From Acidobacteriota bacterium (lineage in GTDB: Bacteria; Acidobacteriota; UBA6911), in contig OY761556.1 of assembly GCA_963664705.1 (NCBI GenBank), positions 5,408,001 to 5,472,000 of the forward strand: 64,000 bases of DNA. The letters run 5' to 3'. Position numbers and translations under genes: made by a program. Positions 51,125-60,523 of the stretch are shown here, piece after piece (within the stretch, counting starts at the first letter, position 1; each line of letters begins with the position of its first letter). A model generated the notes under the pieces. That model was given only the letters and a program-made list of their open reading frames with translations, had not been told where the DNA came from and made no database searches.

Positions 51125-52099
51125 TCAAACGGGAATGCGGGATTCACAGGGGACTCCCGTTTGACAGAATCCGCAGCCATACCCCTTCAGGCCCAATTCC
51201 TTTGCCGCATATTCCGCAGTTGCATTGCATTGTTTGGAGCATGCCATTTTATTGTGACCGGATGTCTTGGTGACAGCGCCAGCCGGACAACGACTCGTGC
51301 ACATGCCGCAAGTCCCCTTGGCAAAATGAAGGCAATAGGCATGATGATCCTGATAGGGACGCGGTGTCGCCGTCACTTTTATTTTTGCCACAACAGAGCC
51401 GACGCGGATTGCCTTGCCTTTTGGCGTTATTAATCCATCGCAGAGTCCGAATGTGCCAAGTCCCGCGGCATAGGCTGCATGACGTTCAGACCAGGACGAT
51501 GCCATCCCGTATTTTTCGGAATTCCCCATTTTGTAGCTCTTGGAGAGAACCGGAGCCACGGCTGCATAACCTGCTTTTGTCAGCGTGTCCGCGACATATT
51601 TGCGCAGTTCTTCGTTGAACTCCTCCCCATAGATTCGGGCGCGGATCCACTTTTCGGAAGGAGTAGTCGTTTGCTTCCGGAGATCTGCCTTGATTGATTC
51701 CGTGTGTGGCAAAACCCACGCTATCACCGATAGCTCTTCGGGTTTTGCCGCAATATCCGGAAAGGACTGGCTAAAGGCCTCCAGCGGCGAATGGTGGAAA
51801 GGACCGATGTTATCTTTGTCTTTGTAGAGCTGGAATATGGAGTCATCCCCTCGCGAGAAGCCAACCAGCGGCTCGGCCCAGGCTTTCTCATTTTCCTGAT
51901 TTCGGATGGAATTTGACGGGGATTTCGCAACGTAATCGCTAATCAACGACGTAATCCACGCGACAGGATCACCCTTTGGGGAAGCGTCTACCGTCAGGGC
52001 TCGCAGGTCCATTTGACCGGCAATTCCAGCCAAGCCCGCAATTGCCGCGCCCTGCGCCGAGACTTTGATAAAATCGCGCCTATCCAATTCCTTTTTCAT
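51125..52099 (-). CDS. Tat-signal epoxyqueuosine reductase / reductive dehalogenase-like 2x4Fe-4S protein
   Basis: Tat motif DRRDFIK with hydrophobic stretch; SERHAAYAAGLGTFG; Fe-S motifs C…CGMCTSRCP and C…CGFCQTGVPC. ATG 52099 follows AAGGAG. Confidence 0.8.
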   Translation of the reverse strand: MKKELDRRDFIKVSAQGAAIAGLAGIAGQMDLRALTVDASPKGDPVAWITSLISDYVAKSPSNSIRNQENEKAWAEPLVGFSRGDDSIFQLYKDKDNIGPFHHSPLEAFSQSFPDIAAKPEELSVIAWVLPHTESIKADLRKQTTTPSEKWIRARIYGEEFNEELRKYVADTLTKAGYAAVAPVLSKSYKMGNSEKYGMASSWSERHAAYAAGLGTFGLCDGLITPKGKAIRVGSVVAKIKVTATPRPYQDHHAYCLHFAKGTCGMCTSRCPAGAVTKTSGHNKMACSKQCNATAEYAAKELGLKGYGCGFCQTGVPCESRIPV

Positions 52100-52223
52100 G
52101 ATTGGGCTCCTTGTTCGGGAATGATCGGTTGTCATCTGATCTCAAAATGAACGATTCCCCCCGCAAAGCAGGTTAACGAGCGGGACGTCCCCGATTCTCG
52201 CACAAATGTGGTATTTTCACTAG

Positions 52224-53492
52224 ATGCAGTTTTTACGCGTGCTACTGGTCAACCCGCCCATTTTCGATTTTACCGCATACGATTTCTGGCTGCGTCCCTA
52301 CGGTATGCTTCGCGTTGCCGGTCGGATGCAGCATTCCTGCGAGCTTTTGTTTTTCGACTTTCTGACTTCAAGGAAAAGGGATCAATGGGGGCGCGGCCGT
52401 TTTGAATGCACGGATATCCCAAGGCCGCATTGTTTCAACGATATACCAAGGAAATTTCACAGGTTCGGGAGGCCTCGCGAGGAGTTTCGCGCCTTCCTGA
52501 AGGCGTGCACTTTGGATGCAGTTTTGATCCAGACCGGGATGACGTACTGGTATCTTGGAGTTCAGGAAGTTATCGAGGATGTGCGTGAGCTGCACCCGCA
52601 GGCCAGGATAATCATCGGTGGAGTCTATGCCACTCTCTGTCCCCAACATGCTCAATCGCTGGGCCCCGATTGTGTGATTGAAGGTGCAAACCTGAAGCCC
52701 CTTTGGGATCTTCTCTCCATCGAACCGGCCGGGAGAATACCGTACTGGCCGGACGATTCCAGCGGCGTGGGAGTTATGAAAATCTCTGAAGGGTGCCCAT
52801 TTCGTTGTACCTACTGTTCAGCTCCGCTCTTCTGGCTGGAATTCCTTCCACGGCCAACTCGCGATTGTCATGAAGAAGTGGATCAACTGATAAAAAGGGG
52901 CGTAAGGAATATTGCATTCTATGATGATGCATTGCTGTTTCGCTCAGAGCAGGTGCTTGAACCATTTCTCGAAGGCTTGGAACAATCCGGCATTATTGCT
53001 GCTTTCCACACGCCCAATGCCTTGAACGCACGCTTTATCACTTCGGAATTAGCGCGCAGGATGGTTCGGGCGGGATTCGCAAGTTTCTTTCTCGGGTTGG
53101 AGAGCCGTGTGGAATCATGGCAGCATTCGACCGGGGGGAAGGTGGATTCCTCGGAATTTGCAGCAGCGGCGACATACCTGAGGGAATCAGGCGCACAATC
53201 GATTGGGACCTATATCCTGGTGGGCCATTCTGATTCGGAAGGACAGGATTTGGAATCCTCTATTCGCTTTGCACACCAATGCGGGACAAAAGTCCTTCTG
53301 TCCGAATTTTCCCCTGTGCCTGGAACCGTGGATGGCGAGAAATGCCGACCATGGGCGGATTTATCGGAGCCTCTTTCCCACAACAAGACGGCGTTTGCTA
53401 TCCGTCGACTGGGCGCTGATCGCATCAATTACCTTAAACAACTTGCTCATTCCCTGAACAGAATTCCTGCTGGAAGTCCCAGCCTTCGCTAA
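52224..53492 (+). CDS. Cobalamin-binding-domain radical SAM protein
   Basis: VLLVNPP…PYG, IIIGGVYATL (B12-binding-like), GCPFRCTYC, FYDDAL and LGLES. Confidence 0.88.
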   Translation: MQFLRVLLVNPPIFDFTAYDFWLRPYGMLRVAGRMQHSCELLFFDFLTSRKRDQWGRGRFECTDIPRPHCFNDIPRKFHRFGRPREEFRAFLKACTLDAVLIQTGMTYWYLGVQEVIEDVRELHPQARIIIGGVYATLCPQHAQSLGPDCVIEGANLKPLWDLLSIEPAGRIPYWPDDSSGVGVMKISEGCPFRCTYCSAPLFWLEFLPRPTRDCHEEVDQLIKRGVRNIAFYDDALLFRSEQVLEPFLEGLEQSGIIAAFHTPNALNARFITSELARRMVRAGFASFFLGLESRVESWQHSTGGKVDSSEFAAAATYLRESGAQSIGTYILVGHSDSEGQDLESSIRFAHQCGTKVLLSEFSPVPGTVDGEKCRPWADLSEPLSHNKTAFAIRRLGADRINYLKQLAHSLNRIPAGSPSLR

Positions 53493-53523
53493 AGCCTCGG
53501 CTAGCATGGCAGCGCCGCCGGGG

Positions 53524-54531
53524 CGGCTAATGCCGCATATCATTTGCCCGAGGAAGCTGGAGGCGCGATGCATCTCAGCCCCAGCGGGGCGGCCAGAACG
53601 TAGCCGGGGGTGAAGCGCAGCGAACCCCCGGATTGGATTAGTCATGTAACAAGCCCTGACGGGGCGGCAGAATGCTGACTTTCGCCCCTAGCCGGGGCTC
53701 TCTCTCCCGCCTATCGCTACCGGGGGTTCGCTGCGCTTCACCCCCGGCTACGATCTTTCGGCCCTCCGGGCCAGTTGCTTCACTCGCGTCGCGGGGCCTA
53801 GAACCAATGGCAGGTGACATTGGAAGGGATGCCCAATGCCGCATGTTATTTGCCCGAGGAAGCTGGAGGCGCGATGCATCTCAGCCCCAGTATTTGCTCG
53901 AGGAAGCGGGAAGCACGATGCTTCCCAGCCCCAGGGGGGCGGCCAGAACATAGCCGGAGGTGAGCGCTTTTTGCGAACCCCCGGATTGGATTAGTCATGT
54001 AACAAGCCCTGACGGGGCGGCAGAATGCTGACTTTCGCCCCTAGCCGGGGCTCTCTCTCCCGCCTATCGCTACCGGGGGTTCGCTGCGCTTCACCCCCGG
54101 CTACGATCTTTTGGCCCTCCGGGCCAGTTGCTTCACTCGCGTCGCGGGGCCTAGAACCAATGGCAGGTGACATTGGAAGGGATGCCCAATGCCGCATGTT
54201 ATTTGCCCGAGGAAGCTGGAGGCGCGATGCATCTCAGCCCCAGTATTTGCTCGAGGAAGCGGGAAGCACGATGCTTCCCAGCCCCAGGGGGGCGGCCAGA
54301 ACATAGCCGGAGGTGAGCGCTTTTTGCGAACCCCCGGATTGGATTAGTCATGTAACAAGCCCTGACGGGGCGGCAGAATGCTGACTTTCGCCCCTAGCCG
54401 GGGCTCTCTCTCCCGCTTATCGCTACCGGGGGTTCGCTGCGCTTCACTCCCGGCTGCGATCTTTCGGCCCTCCGGGCCTGTTGCTTCACTCGCGTCGCGG
54501 GGCCCAGCGCAAAAAATATGCAGCATTGCCG
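53524..54531. repeat. Three-unit tandem array of REPIN/BIME-like palindromic elements (306, 353 and ~340 bp)
   Basis: Units begin with AATGCCGCAT at 53529, 53835 and 54188. Unit 1 has a perfect 33-bp inverted repeat (53599-53631 / 53720-53752) beginning CGTAG. Confidence 0.92.
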
Positions 54532-54565
54532 GGATGGCGGTGTTCCCGGTCGCGGCCAAGCTTCG

Positions 54566-55015
54566 TTAGCGGTATTTCTTTTCCAGTTGCTGGACTTTGC
54601 CCAGGCGCCGGAGGTGTCGTTCCTCACCGGAGAATGTTGCTTTGAGGAAAACCGCGCTGAGATCGCGTGCCAGTTCTGAGCCGATCACCCTGGCTCCAAG
54701 AACCAGGACATTCATGTCATCGTGTTCGACACCCTGATGTGCTGAATAGCAGTCGTGGCAGACTCCGGCTCGGATTCCCGGAATTTTATTTATGGCAATA
54801 GACGCTCCTACCCCGCTGCCACAGATCATAATTCCTCTTTCAGCCTGCTTATTCAGAACGGCAAGCGCCAGTGCTTCCGCATAGTCCGGGTAATCGGATG
54901 GTGCGGTGCTGTGGGTTCCGACGTCGATTATTTCATGTCCCAAACCCTCGACGTATTTGCATATTTCCTGCTTCAAATCAAAACCGGCGTGATCGGAACC
55001 AAATGCTACGCGCAT
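54566..55015 (-). CDS. rpiB: Ribose-5-phosphate isomerase B
   Basis: GSDHAG, DYPD, ICGSGVG, NKIPGIRA and RHLRRL. Confidence 0.95.
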   Translation of the reverse strand: MRVAFGSDHAGFDLKQEICKYVEGLGHEIIDVGTHSTAPSDYPDYAEALALAVLNKQAERGIMICGSGVGASIAINKIPGIRAGVCHDCYSAHQGVEHDDMNVLVLGARVIGSELARDLSAVFLKATFSGEERHLRRLGKVQQLEKKYR

Positions 55016-55278
55016 ATCATCTCTCCTCCGCCTCATTATAATGATTTCTCCCCGGAATCTCGAACTCCGAAGTTTGCGCGCTGTGATATTTCCCCTTTTT
55101 TAGCCAGATCTGCTGCCGGAACAAGCCCCTGTGCTTCCGCGGATCTCAATTTTTTTTGCGACGGATGTATTTCCGTGTTCTCAGTATGCTACATTTTGCG
55201 TTTCAACCAGGTCGGCCTTGATCATTTCCGGGACCATCTCTGTCAATTGGGAACATCTTTTATAAGTGGAGCTGCAGC

Positions 55279-57366
55279 ATGAACGAGAAATCGCCGAACA
55301 CCAGCCAGACACCAGTCTTGGATCAGCTTTGCATAAACACCATCCGGTTCCTGTCTATCGACGCCGTGCAGAAGGCGAACAGCGGACATCCCGGGATGCC
55401 GATGGGCGCTGCTCCGATGGCTTATGTGCTTTGGATGCGGTATCTCAAGCACAATCCAGCCAATCCCGCCTGGTGGAACCGCGACCGGTTCCTGCTCTCC
55501 GCCGGACATGGATCCATGCTGCTATACAGCCTGCTGCACTTGACCGGCTATGATCTGCCTCTTTCCCAGCTCCAGCAGTTTCGGCAATGGGGCAGCCGCA
55601 CGCCGGGGCACCCGGAGCGCGGTTTTACGCCAGGAGTGGAAACGACAACGGGACCGTTGGGTCAAGGCTTCGCGAATGGAGTTGGAATGGCTATTGCGGA
55701 AGCGCATCTGGCTGCCCGATTCAATCGGCCCGGTCACGAAATCGTAAACCATCACACCTATGCTCTTGTTGGCGATGGCGATTTGATGGAGGGGATCTCT
55801 GCCGAAGCAGCATCCCTTGCGGGGCATCTGAAGCTTGGGAAGCTGATTTACCTGTATGACGATAATCGCATCTGCCTGGCCGGATCGACAGACATTTCGT
55901 TCAGCGAAGACCGGGCAAAACGCTTTGAGTCCTACGGATGGCATACGGTCATTGTGGAAGATGGAAATAATATCGATTTGATTGATCGCGCAATAGCGGA
56001 AGCACAAGCCGAGACGGCACGTCCCTCACTCATCCTTGTCCGGACGCATATTGGCTTTGGCTCGCCCCATAAGCAGGATTCATTTGAATCCCATGGATCG
56101 CCGCTGGGAGCCGACGAGGTGAAGGCAACCAAGCAGAACCTCGGTTGGCCGCTGGATCCGACCTTCTATGTTCCGGAAGAAGCGCTGGCCGGCTTCCGGC
56201 GCGCTCAGGACATCGGGAGTAAAGCCGAATCGGATTGGAGCGCGATGCTGTCGGAATACTCCAGGCAATATCCGGAACTTGCACAGGAGTTGCAGCGAAT
56301 AGTGAAGGGAGAATTGCCGGCTGATTGGGCTGCGGCCATTCCGTCGTTCCCTGCAGATGCCAAAGGGATGGCTACGCGCGCGGCTTCCGGCAAGATTATC
56401 AATGCCGTTGGAACCAGGATTTCCAATCTCATAGGAGGATCTGCGGATCTGAATCCATCGACTCAGACCGTCATCAAGGGTGCGGGCGATTTTCAGAATC
56501 CCGCCTCTGATTCCCAGAATATTCAGGGGAAAAGCGGCGGTGCGTGGGCGTATGACGGCCGGAATGTTCACTTCGGCGTTCGCGAACATGCCATGGGGTC
56601 GATTGCAAACGGTATGGCAGCCCATGGCGGAATTATTCCCTATGCATCGACCTTTTTCGTATTCTCCGACTATATGCGGCCTCCCATGCGGTTGGCTTCG
56701 CTCATGGACCTAGGTGTTATCTATATCTACACCCATGACAGCATAGGCGTCGGCGAAGATGGGCCGACGCATCAGCCGATTGAGCAATTGGCGGCTTTGC
56801 GGGCAATACCGGGCCTGATCGCGATCCGGCCGTGTGATGCCAATGAAACGGCCGTAGCATGGAGCCTTGCCATTGAAAATCGTAACAAGCCTGTTGCACT
56901 CGTGCTGACCCGGCAAGATCTGCCGATTCTGGATCGCACACAGTATGGATCCCCGGAAGGTGTTCGGCAGGGTGCTTATGTGCTTGCGGATACGCCCGGC
57001 AGGAAACCGGAACTTGTTTTGATCGGGACCGGATCCGAAGTGGCGCTCATTGTAGCGGCTCAAAAAGAGCTGGCGCAGAAGGGCGTCGCGGTTCGCACCG
57101 TGTCGATGCCCAGTTGGGAACTATTTGAGGCTCAGCCGCAGGACTATAAAAACCAGGTTTTGCCGCCCGATATCCCAGCGCGGCTTGCCGTGGAAGCCGG
57201 CATATCGCAGGGCTGGTGCAGGTATATCGGGGACAAAGGGGCCACCATCACTATCGATCACTTTGGCGCCTCCGCCCCCGCGAAGGTAATTTTTGAAAAG
57301 TTCGGTTTTACCGTGGATAACGTTGTTTCAAAGGCCCTGCAAGTCCTGGAATCTTCAAGGAAATAG
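55279..57366 (+). CDS. tkt: Transketolase
   Basis: [34 protein letters not shown] and [16 protein letters not shown]. Confidence 0.98.
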   Translation: MNEKSPNTSQTPVLDQLCINTIRFLSIDAVQKANSGHPGMPMGAAPMAYVLWMRYLKHNPANPAWWNRDRFLLSAGHGSMLLYSLLHLTGYDLPLSQLQQFRQWGSRTPGHPERGFTPGVETTTGPLGQGFANGVGMAIAEAHLAARFNRPGHEIVNHHTYALVGDGDLMEGISAEAASLAGHLKLGKLIYLYDDNRICLAGSTDISFSEDRAKRFESYGWHTVIVEDGNNIDLIDRAIAEAQAETARPSLILVRTHIGFGSPHKQDSFESHGSPLGADEVKATKQNLGWPLDPTFYVPEEALAGFRRAQDIGSKAESDWSAMLSEYSRQYPELAQELQRIVKGELPADWAAAIPSFPADAKGMATRAASGKIINAVGTRISNLIGGSADLNPSTQTVIKGAGDFQNPASDSQNIQGKSGGAWAYDGRNVHFGVREHAMGSIANGMAAHGGIIPYASTFFVFSDYMRPPMRLASLMDLGVIYIYTHDSIGVGEDGPTHQPIEQLAALRAIPGLIAIRPCDANETAVAWSLAIENRNKPVALVLTRQDLPILDRTQYGSPEGVRQGAYVLADTPGRKPELVLIGTGSEVALIVAAQKELAQKGVAVRTVSMPSWELFEAQPQDYKNQVLPPDIPARLAVEAGISQGWCRYIGDKGATITIDHFGASAPAKVIFEKFGFTVDNVVSKALQVLESSRK

Positions 57367-57372
57367 CGAAAA

Positions 57373-58929
57373 CTATTTCACGGGACCGGGCATGGAATCC
57401 GGCCCAAATCGGGGCAGCATCTCCTCCCGCATTGCCAGGTGATAGGCGAGAGATGCGACGACAATGACGCATTGCCGGAGGTCTCCTTCCAAAACGCGTT
57501 CATAAGTATCCAGGTTTGTGTGCCAGGTGTGGGTCGAGTATTCAATCGGATCCTGCGACAGATTGACTCCCGGCAGCCCAGCCCAGTTGAACGAGGTGCT
57601 GTCCGTTCCCCCGTAATTCCGACTTTGCACGGCGGTAGCCCCCATGACTCCCAGGTCCGTGAAGGGCTGAAGCAGTTGCCGGACTGCATCGGCTGTTTCC
57701 GCAGGCCCGAAAACCGATGCCCCGCGCACGCGTCCGGTGCCTGAATCAAGATTGATATAAGCGACCAGACCGGAGTATTCAGGTTTGGGCGATTCATAGG
57801 TGCCGAAGTGATCCCGTACGTAAGCTTTGGATCCCAGCAAGCCCTGTTCTTCCCCGCTCCAAAAAGCGGCGCGAATGGTTCGCCGCGGCTTTACGCCGAT
57901 AGCTTTCAGGACGCGAACGGCTTCCATCATGACGGATACGCCCGTGGCATTGTCCGTTGCGCCCAGCCCGGCATGCCAGGAATCGATATGACCGCCCAGC
58001 AGCACCACCTGATCCTTTTTATCGCTTCCCGGGATTTCCGCCAGCGCATTCAGTGAATTCTGATCCGGATAGATCGTATTGAGGATCTCTATTTCCATTT
58101 CGATCGCATTTCCATCCGCGAGAATTCTCGACATTCGGCCGTAGTCTTCATTGCGGATGACAAGGCTCGGAACGGCTTTTGCCGCATTGTACGTTCGATT
58201 TGCGAACGCGCGGATCTGACCGTGCTCTCTTCCGGAATCGGATATTTTTACAAGGGCATGGTGGGCAACAAGAAAGGCGTCCAGCCGCTCATCCACTGCC
58301 CTGGAATCCAACAGCTTGGGCCCGTTGGCCGGTAGTTCCGACGGACGCGGCTGCGCGGGACTTTGCGGGTCATATTGCGATCGCAGCTCCGCATCTTCAC
58401 GCCGCTTGCTTGCCGCGTTGAAGGTTACCGATACCTCCGTATGAGCCCCGGCGAGGACAATGCGTTCGGCAACTTTGTCTTTGACGCTGTCCAGGTATGC
58501 AGCCAGGGTTTCCTCCGTTGGGCGATCCGGTGGCGTGATCTGCACAACCTTTGCTTTGACTATGCCTTTGGTGCCGGGAGTCCATGCGACAACACGGGCA
58601 TCCAATAAGGACCGATAGGGGGTAAGAACGCGCACAGAATACCTGTCGTTGCCCCACCCCATATGTCCAAAATCCCATGTTTCCAGATGCGGATCCTGCA
58701 AGCCCCATTGTTTCATCTGTTCCAGAGCCCAGTCGCAGGCTGCTTTCAAGTTGGGAGATCCGGTCAGACGAGGCCCGTGGACATCCGTCAGTTGATGAAT
58801 CAGGCGCATTACCTGCGAGTGATCGGTTTCTTCCTGACGAATCTTCCAGTTGACTTCCGGGTTGATCTTTTCCGCTGCAGCCAGGGCAATGCAGCAACAA
58901 AACATGAGAATAATGGCTGTTTTTTTCAT
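57373..58929 (-). CDS. Secreted M28 family (carboxypeptidase Q-like) metallopeptidase
   Basis: Signal peptide; GPRLTGS, GGHIDSWH, GATDNATG, WSGEEQGLLGS and WHTNLD. Confidence 0.9.
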   Translation of the reverse strand: MKKTAIILMFCCCIALAAAEKINPEVNWKIRQEETDHSQVMRLIHQLTDVHGPRLTGSPNLKAACDWALEQMKQWGLQDPHLETWDFGHMGWGNDRYSVRVLTPYRSLLDARVVAWTPGTKGIVKAKVVQITPPDRPTEETLAAYLDSVKDKVAERIVLAGAHTEVSVTFNAASKRREDAELRSQYDPQSPAQPRPSELPANGPKLLDSRAVDERLDAFLVAHHALVKISDSGREHGQIRAFANRTYNAAKAVPSLVIRNEDYGRMSRILADGNAIEMEIEILNTIYPDQNSLNALAEIPGSDKKDQVVLLGGHIDSWHAGLGATDNATGVSVMMEAVRVLKAIGVKPRRTIRAAFWSGEEQGLLGSKAYVRDHFGTYESPKPEYSGLVAYINLDSGTGRVRGASVFGPAETADAVRQLLQPFTDLGVMGATAVQSRNYGGTDSTSFNWAGLPGVNLSQDPIEYSTHTWHTNLDTYERVLEGDLRQCVIVVASLAYHLAMREEMLPRFGPDSMPGPVK

Positions 58930-59003
58930 AGGGCGAGCATAAAGCAAAAGAGGGAGGCTGGCTACGCAATTTCAGTCAGGGGAATAAAGGATGTTGTGCC
59001 GGA

Positions 59004-60197
59004 CTACCTGCCATTGAGTTTGGCGAGGAGTTTTTTAGCCTGAGAGTGCGAGTCTTCCACAACGGGGAGCGATAGCACAATTTGGCATTCCCTGATCGCC
59101 TCGGCAGCGTTCCATTGCCAGTCCAGTATGCGTGCAAGATAAAGATGCGATAACGTCTTTTCCCGCGGAGTGGATTGCGGATCTTGTGTTGCTTTTGTGA
59201 AGCGCTCTCGTGCCAGGTCGAGCTTGCCCATGTACAGAAACTGGAGTGCGGCATTAAAGCGAAAGCCGGCGAGAGGGATCCGGTTGAAATTCGGATCCCC
59301 ATTTTCCGCATGCTTTTCCACCTGCAGCAGCAGAGGAACCGCCTCTTCTTTGCGCCCTGCCAGATTTAAAATCTGCGCGAGATTAATGGGGAAGAGATAG
59401 CTGCGCGGGAAACGGGATGCGAGATTGCGCGCAATTCTGAGCGCCTCCGGGAGATGATTTTCCCGGACATTGAGCACCATGGAGACGAGCTCCGCCTGGT
59501 CTTTAACGTATTGCCCCTTCTCCGCCAGCGCCAGGTGGGCAAGCCCGGCCTCTTTGCTCCCATGACCACCGATTACATAAATCATCCATCGCATGTACCA
59601 CGGAATGACACCGACGGTGTACTCATAGACTCCTAAAGTCAAATACGCATCGTAATATGAGGGATCCTCCTGGGTAAGCTGCTTCGCGATCGAGTAGCAT
59701 TTATTCCCATAGCTGAACGCATCCCGGAGACTATGGTCAATGGTGATGGCGAAGGAGGCACGGAGGCCATAAACAGTTGCCATGAAATAGCGTCCGTCTT
59801 TGTCTCCGCGGTTTCTTTGAAGGATTGCCCTGCAAAGAGTCTCCGATTCCTGCAATTTTGCGAAGAAGACCGCCTTTTCCTGCGGCGGCATCACGAGCGT
59901 TGTTTTGTCGTTGAAATAGGTCGGAGCAATAAAGCGATTCAGGGAGAGGTCCTGCCGGCGCTCCATCTCCTTCATCCAGAGGATGCTGGCGAGATACAGC
60001 GGCGGTGCGGGATGTGTAGGATAGTCCTGTCCAAGAGCGTTGAAAACGTCAGCGGCCTTGTCATAGTCCATGTTGAAGATAAAGTCAAAGCCAGCTTCGG
60101 CACGCACAACGAAACGAGGATCGCGGAGGTTCTGAGCGCAAGTAAAGGGTGCTTGGAGTAAGGCTAAGATGAAGAGAAATAATAAGGTCTTTTTCAT
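59004..60197 (-). CDS. Secreted TPR-like alpha-helical protein
   Basis: Signal peptide; helical repeats such as DPSYYDAYLTLGVYEY and YMGKLDLARERFTKA. Confidence 0.8.
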   Translation of the reverse strand: MKKTLLFLFILALLQAPFTCAQNLRDPRFVVRAEAGFDFIFNMDYDKAADVFNALGQDYPTHPAPPLYLASILWMKEMERRQDLSLNRFIAPTYFNDKTTLVMPPQEKAVFFAKLQESETLCRAILQRNRGDKDGRYFMATVYGLRASFAITIDHSLRDAFSYGNKCYSIAKQLTQEDPSYYDAYLTLGVYEYTVGVIPWYMRWMIYVIGGHGSKEAGLAHLALAEKGQYVKDQAELVSMVLNVRENHLPEALRIARNLASRFPRSYLFPINLAQILNLAGRKEEAVPLLLQVEKHAENGDPNFNRIPLAGFRFNAALQFLYMGKLDLARERFTKATQDPQSTPREKTLSHLYLARILDWQWNAAEAIRECQIVLSLPVVEDSHSQAKKLLAKLNGR

Positions 60198-60395
60198 GGC
60201 ATCAGCGCAAATGCTTATAACACATCTCTACTCCAAATCCATATTCTGAGCCTAGGCCTTCAAAAATTTGTACCTTTATGTTCAAAAAACTGGATTATTT
60301 TGCTCTGATGAATAAACATCAGTAGACATTAATTTTCCTTTAAATTCATGTAAATAATGGATAAAATCGCCATAATGCCGATTCTGTAAATGGAT

Positions 60396-60412
60396 TGGGC
60401 GTTGTTGTTGCT
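60396..60412 (+). promoter_or_regulatory. Possible sigma54 promoter for the TonB-dependent receptor
   Basis: TGGGCGTTGTTGTTGCT gives GG-N10-GC with TTGCT, but the -24 element deviates from TGGCAC. Confidence 0.35.
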
Positions 60413-60523
60413 TAAGCGAGTGGTGTTTTGTTCGCAGAGGTATGGGCTTTTTATCTTCGTAATGTGTCGCGGGAGTGGCGATTGGCCGAGGTTCCCGTAG
60501 GTAAAAATTTCAGAAGGAGGAAT

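Noticed and set aside
53638-54627. Repeated 67-93 aa ORFs in the tandem array, and a possible CRISPR interpretation
   Set aside because: The ORFs occur on both strands as by-products of GC-rich palindromes and lack RBSs. The units are >300 bp with near-identical rather than unique spacers, and no cas genes are present.
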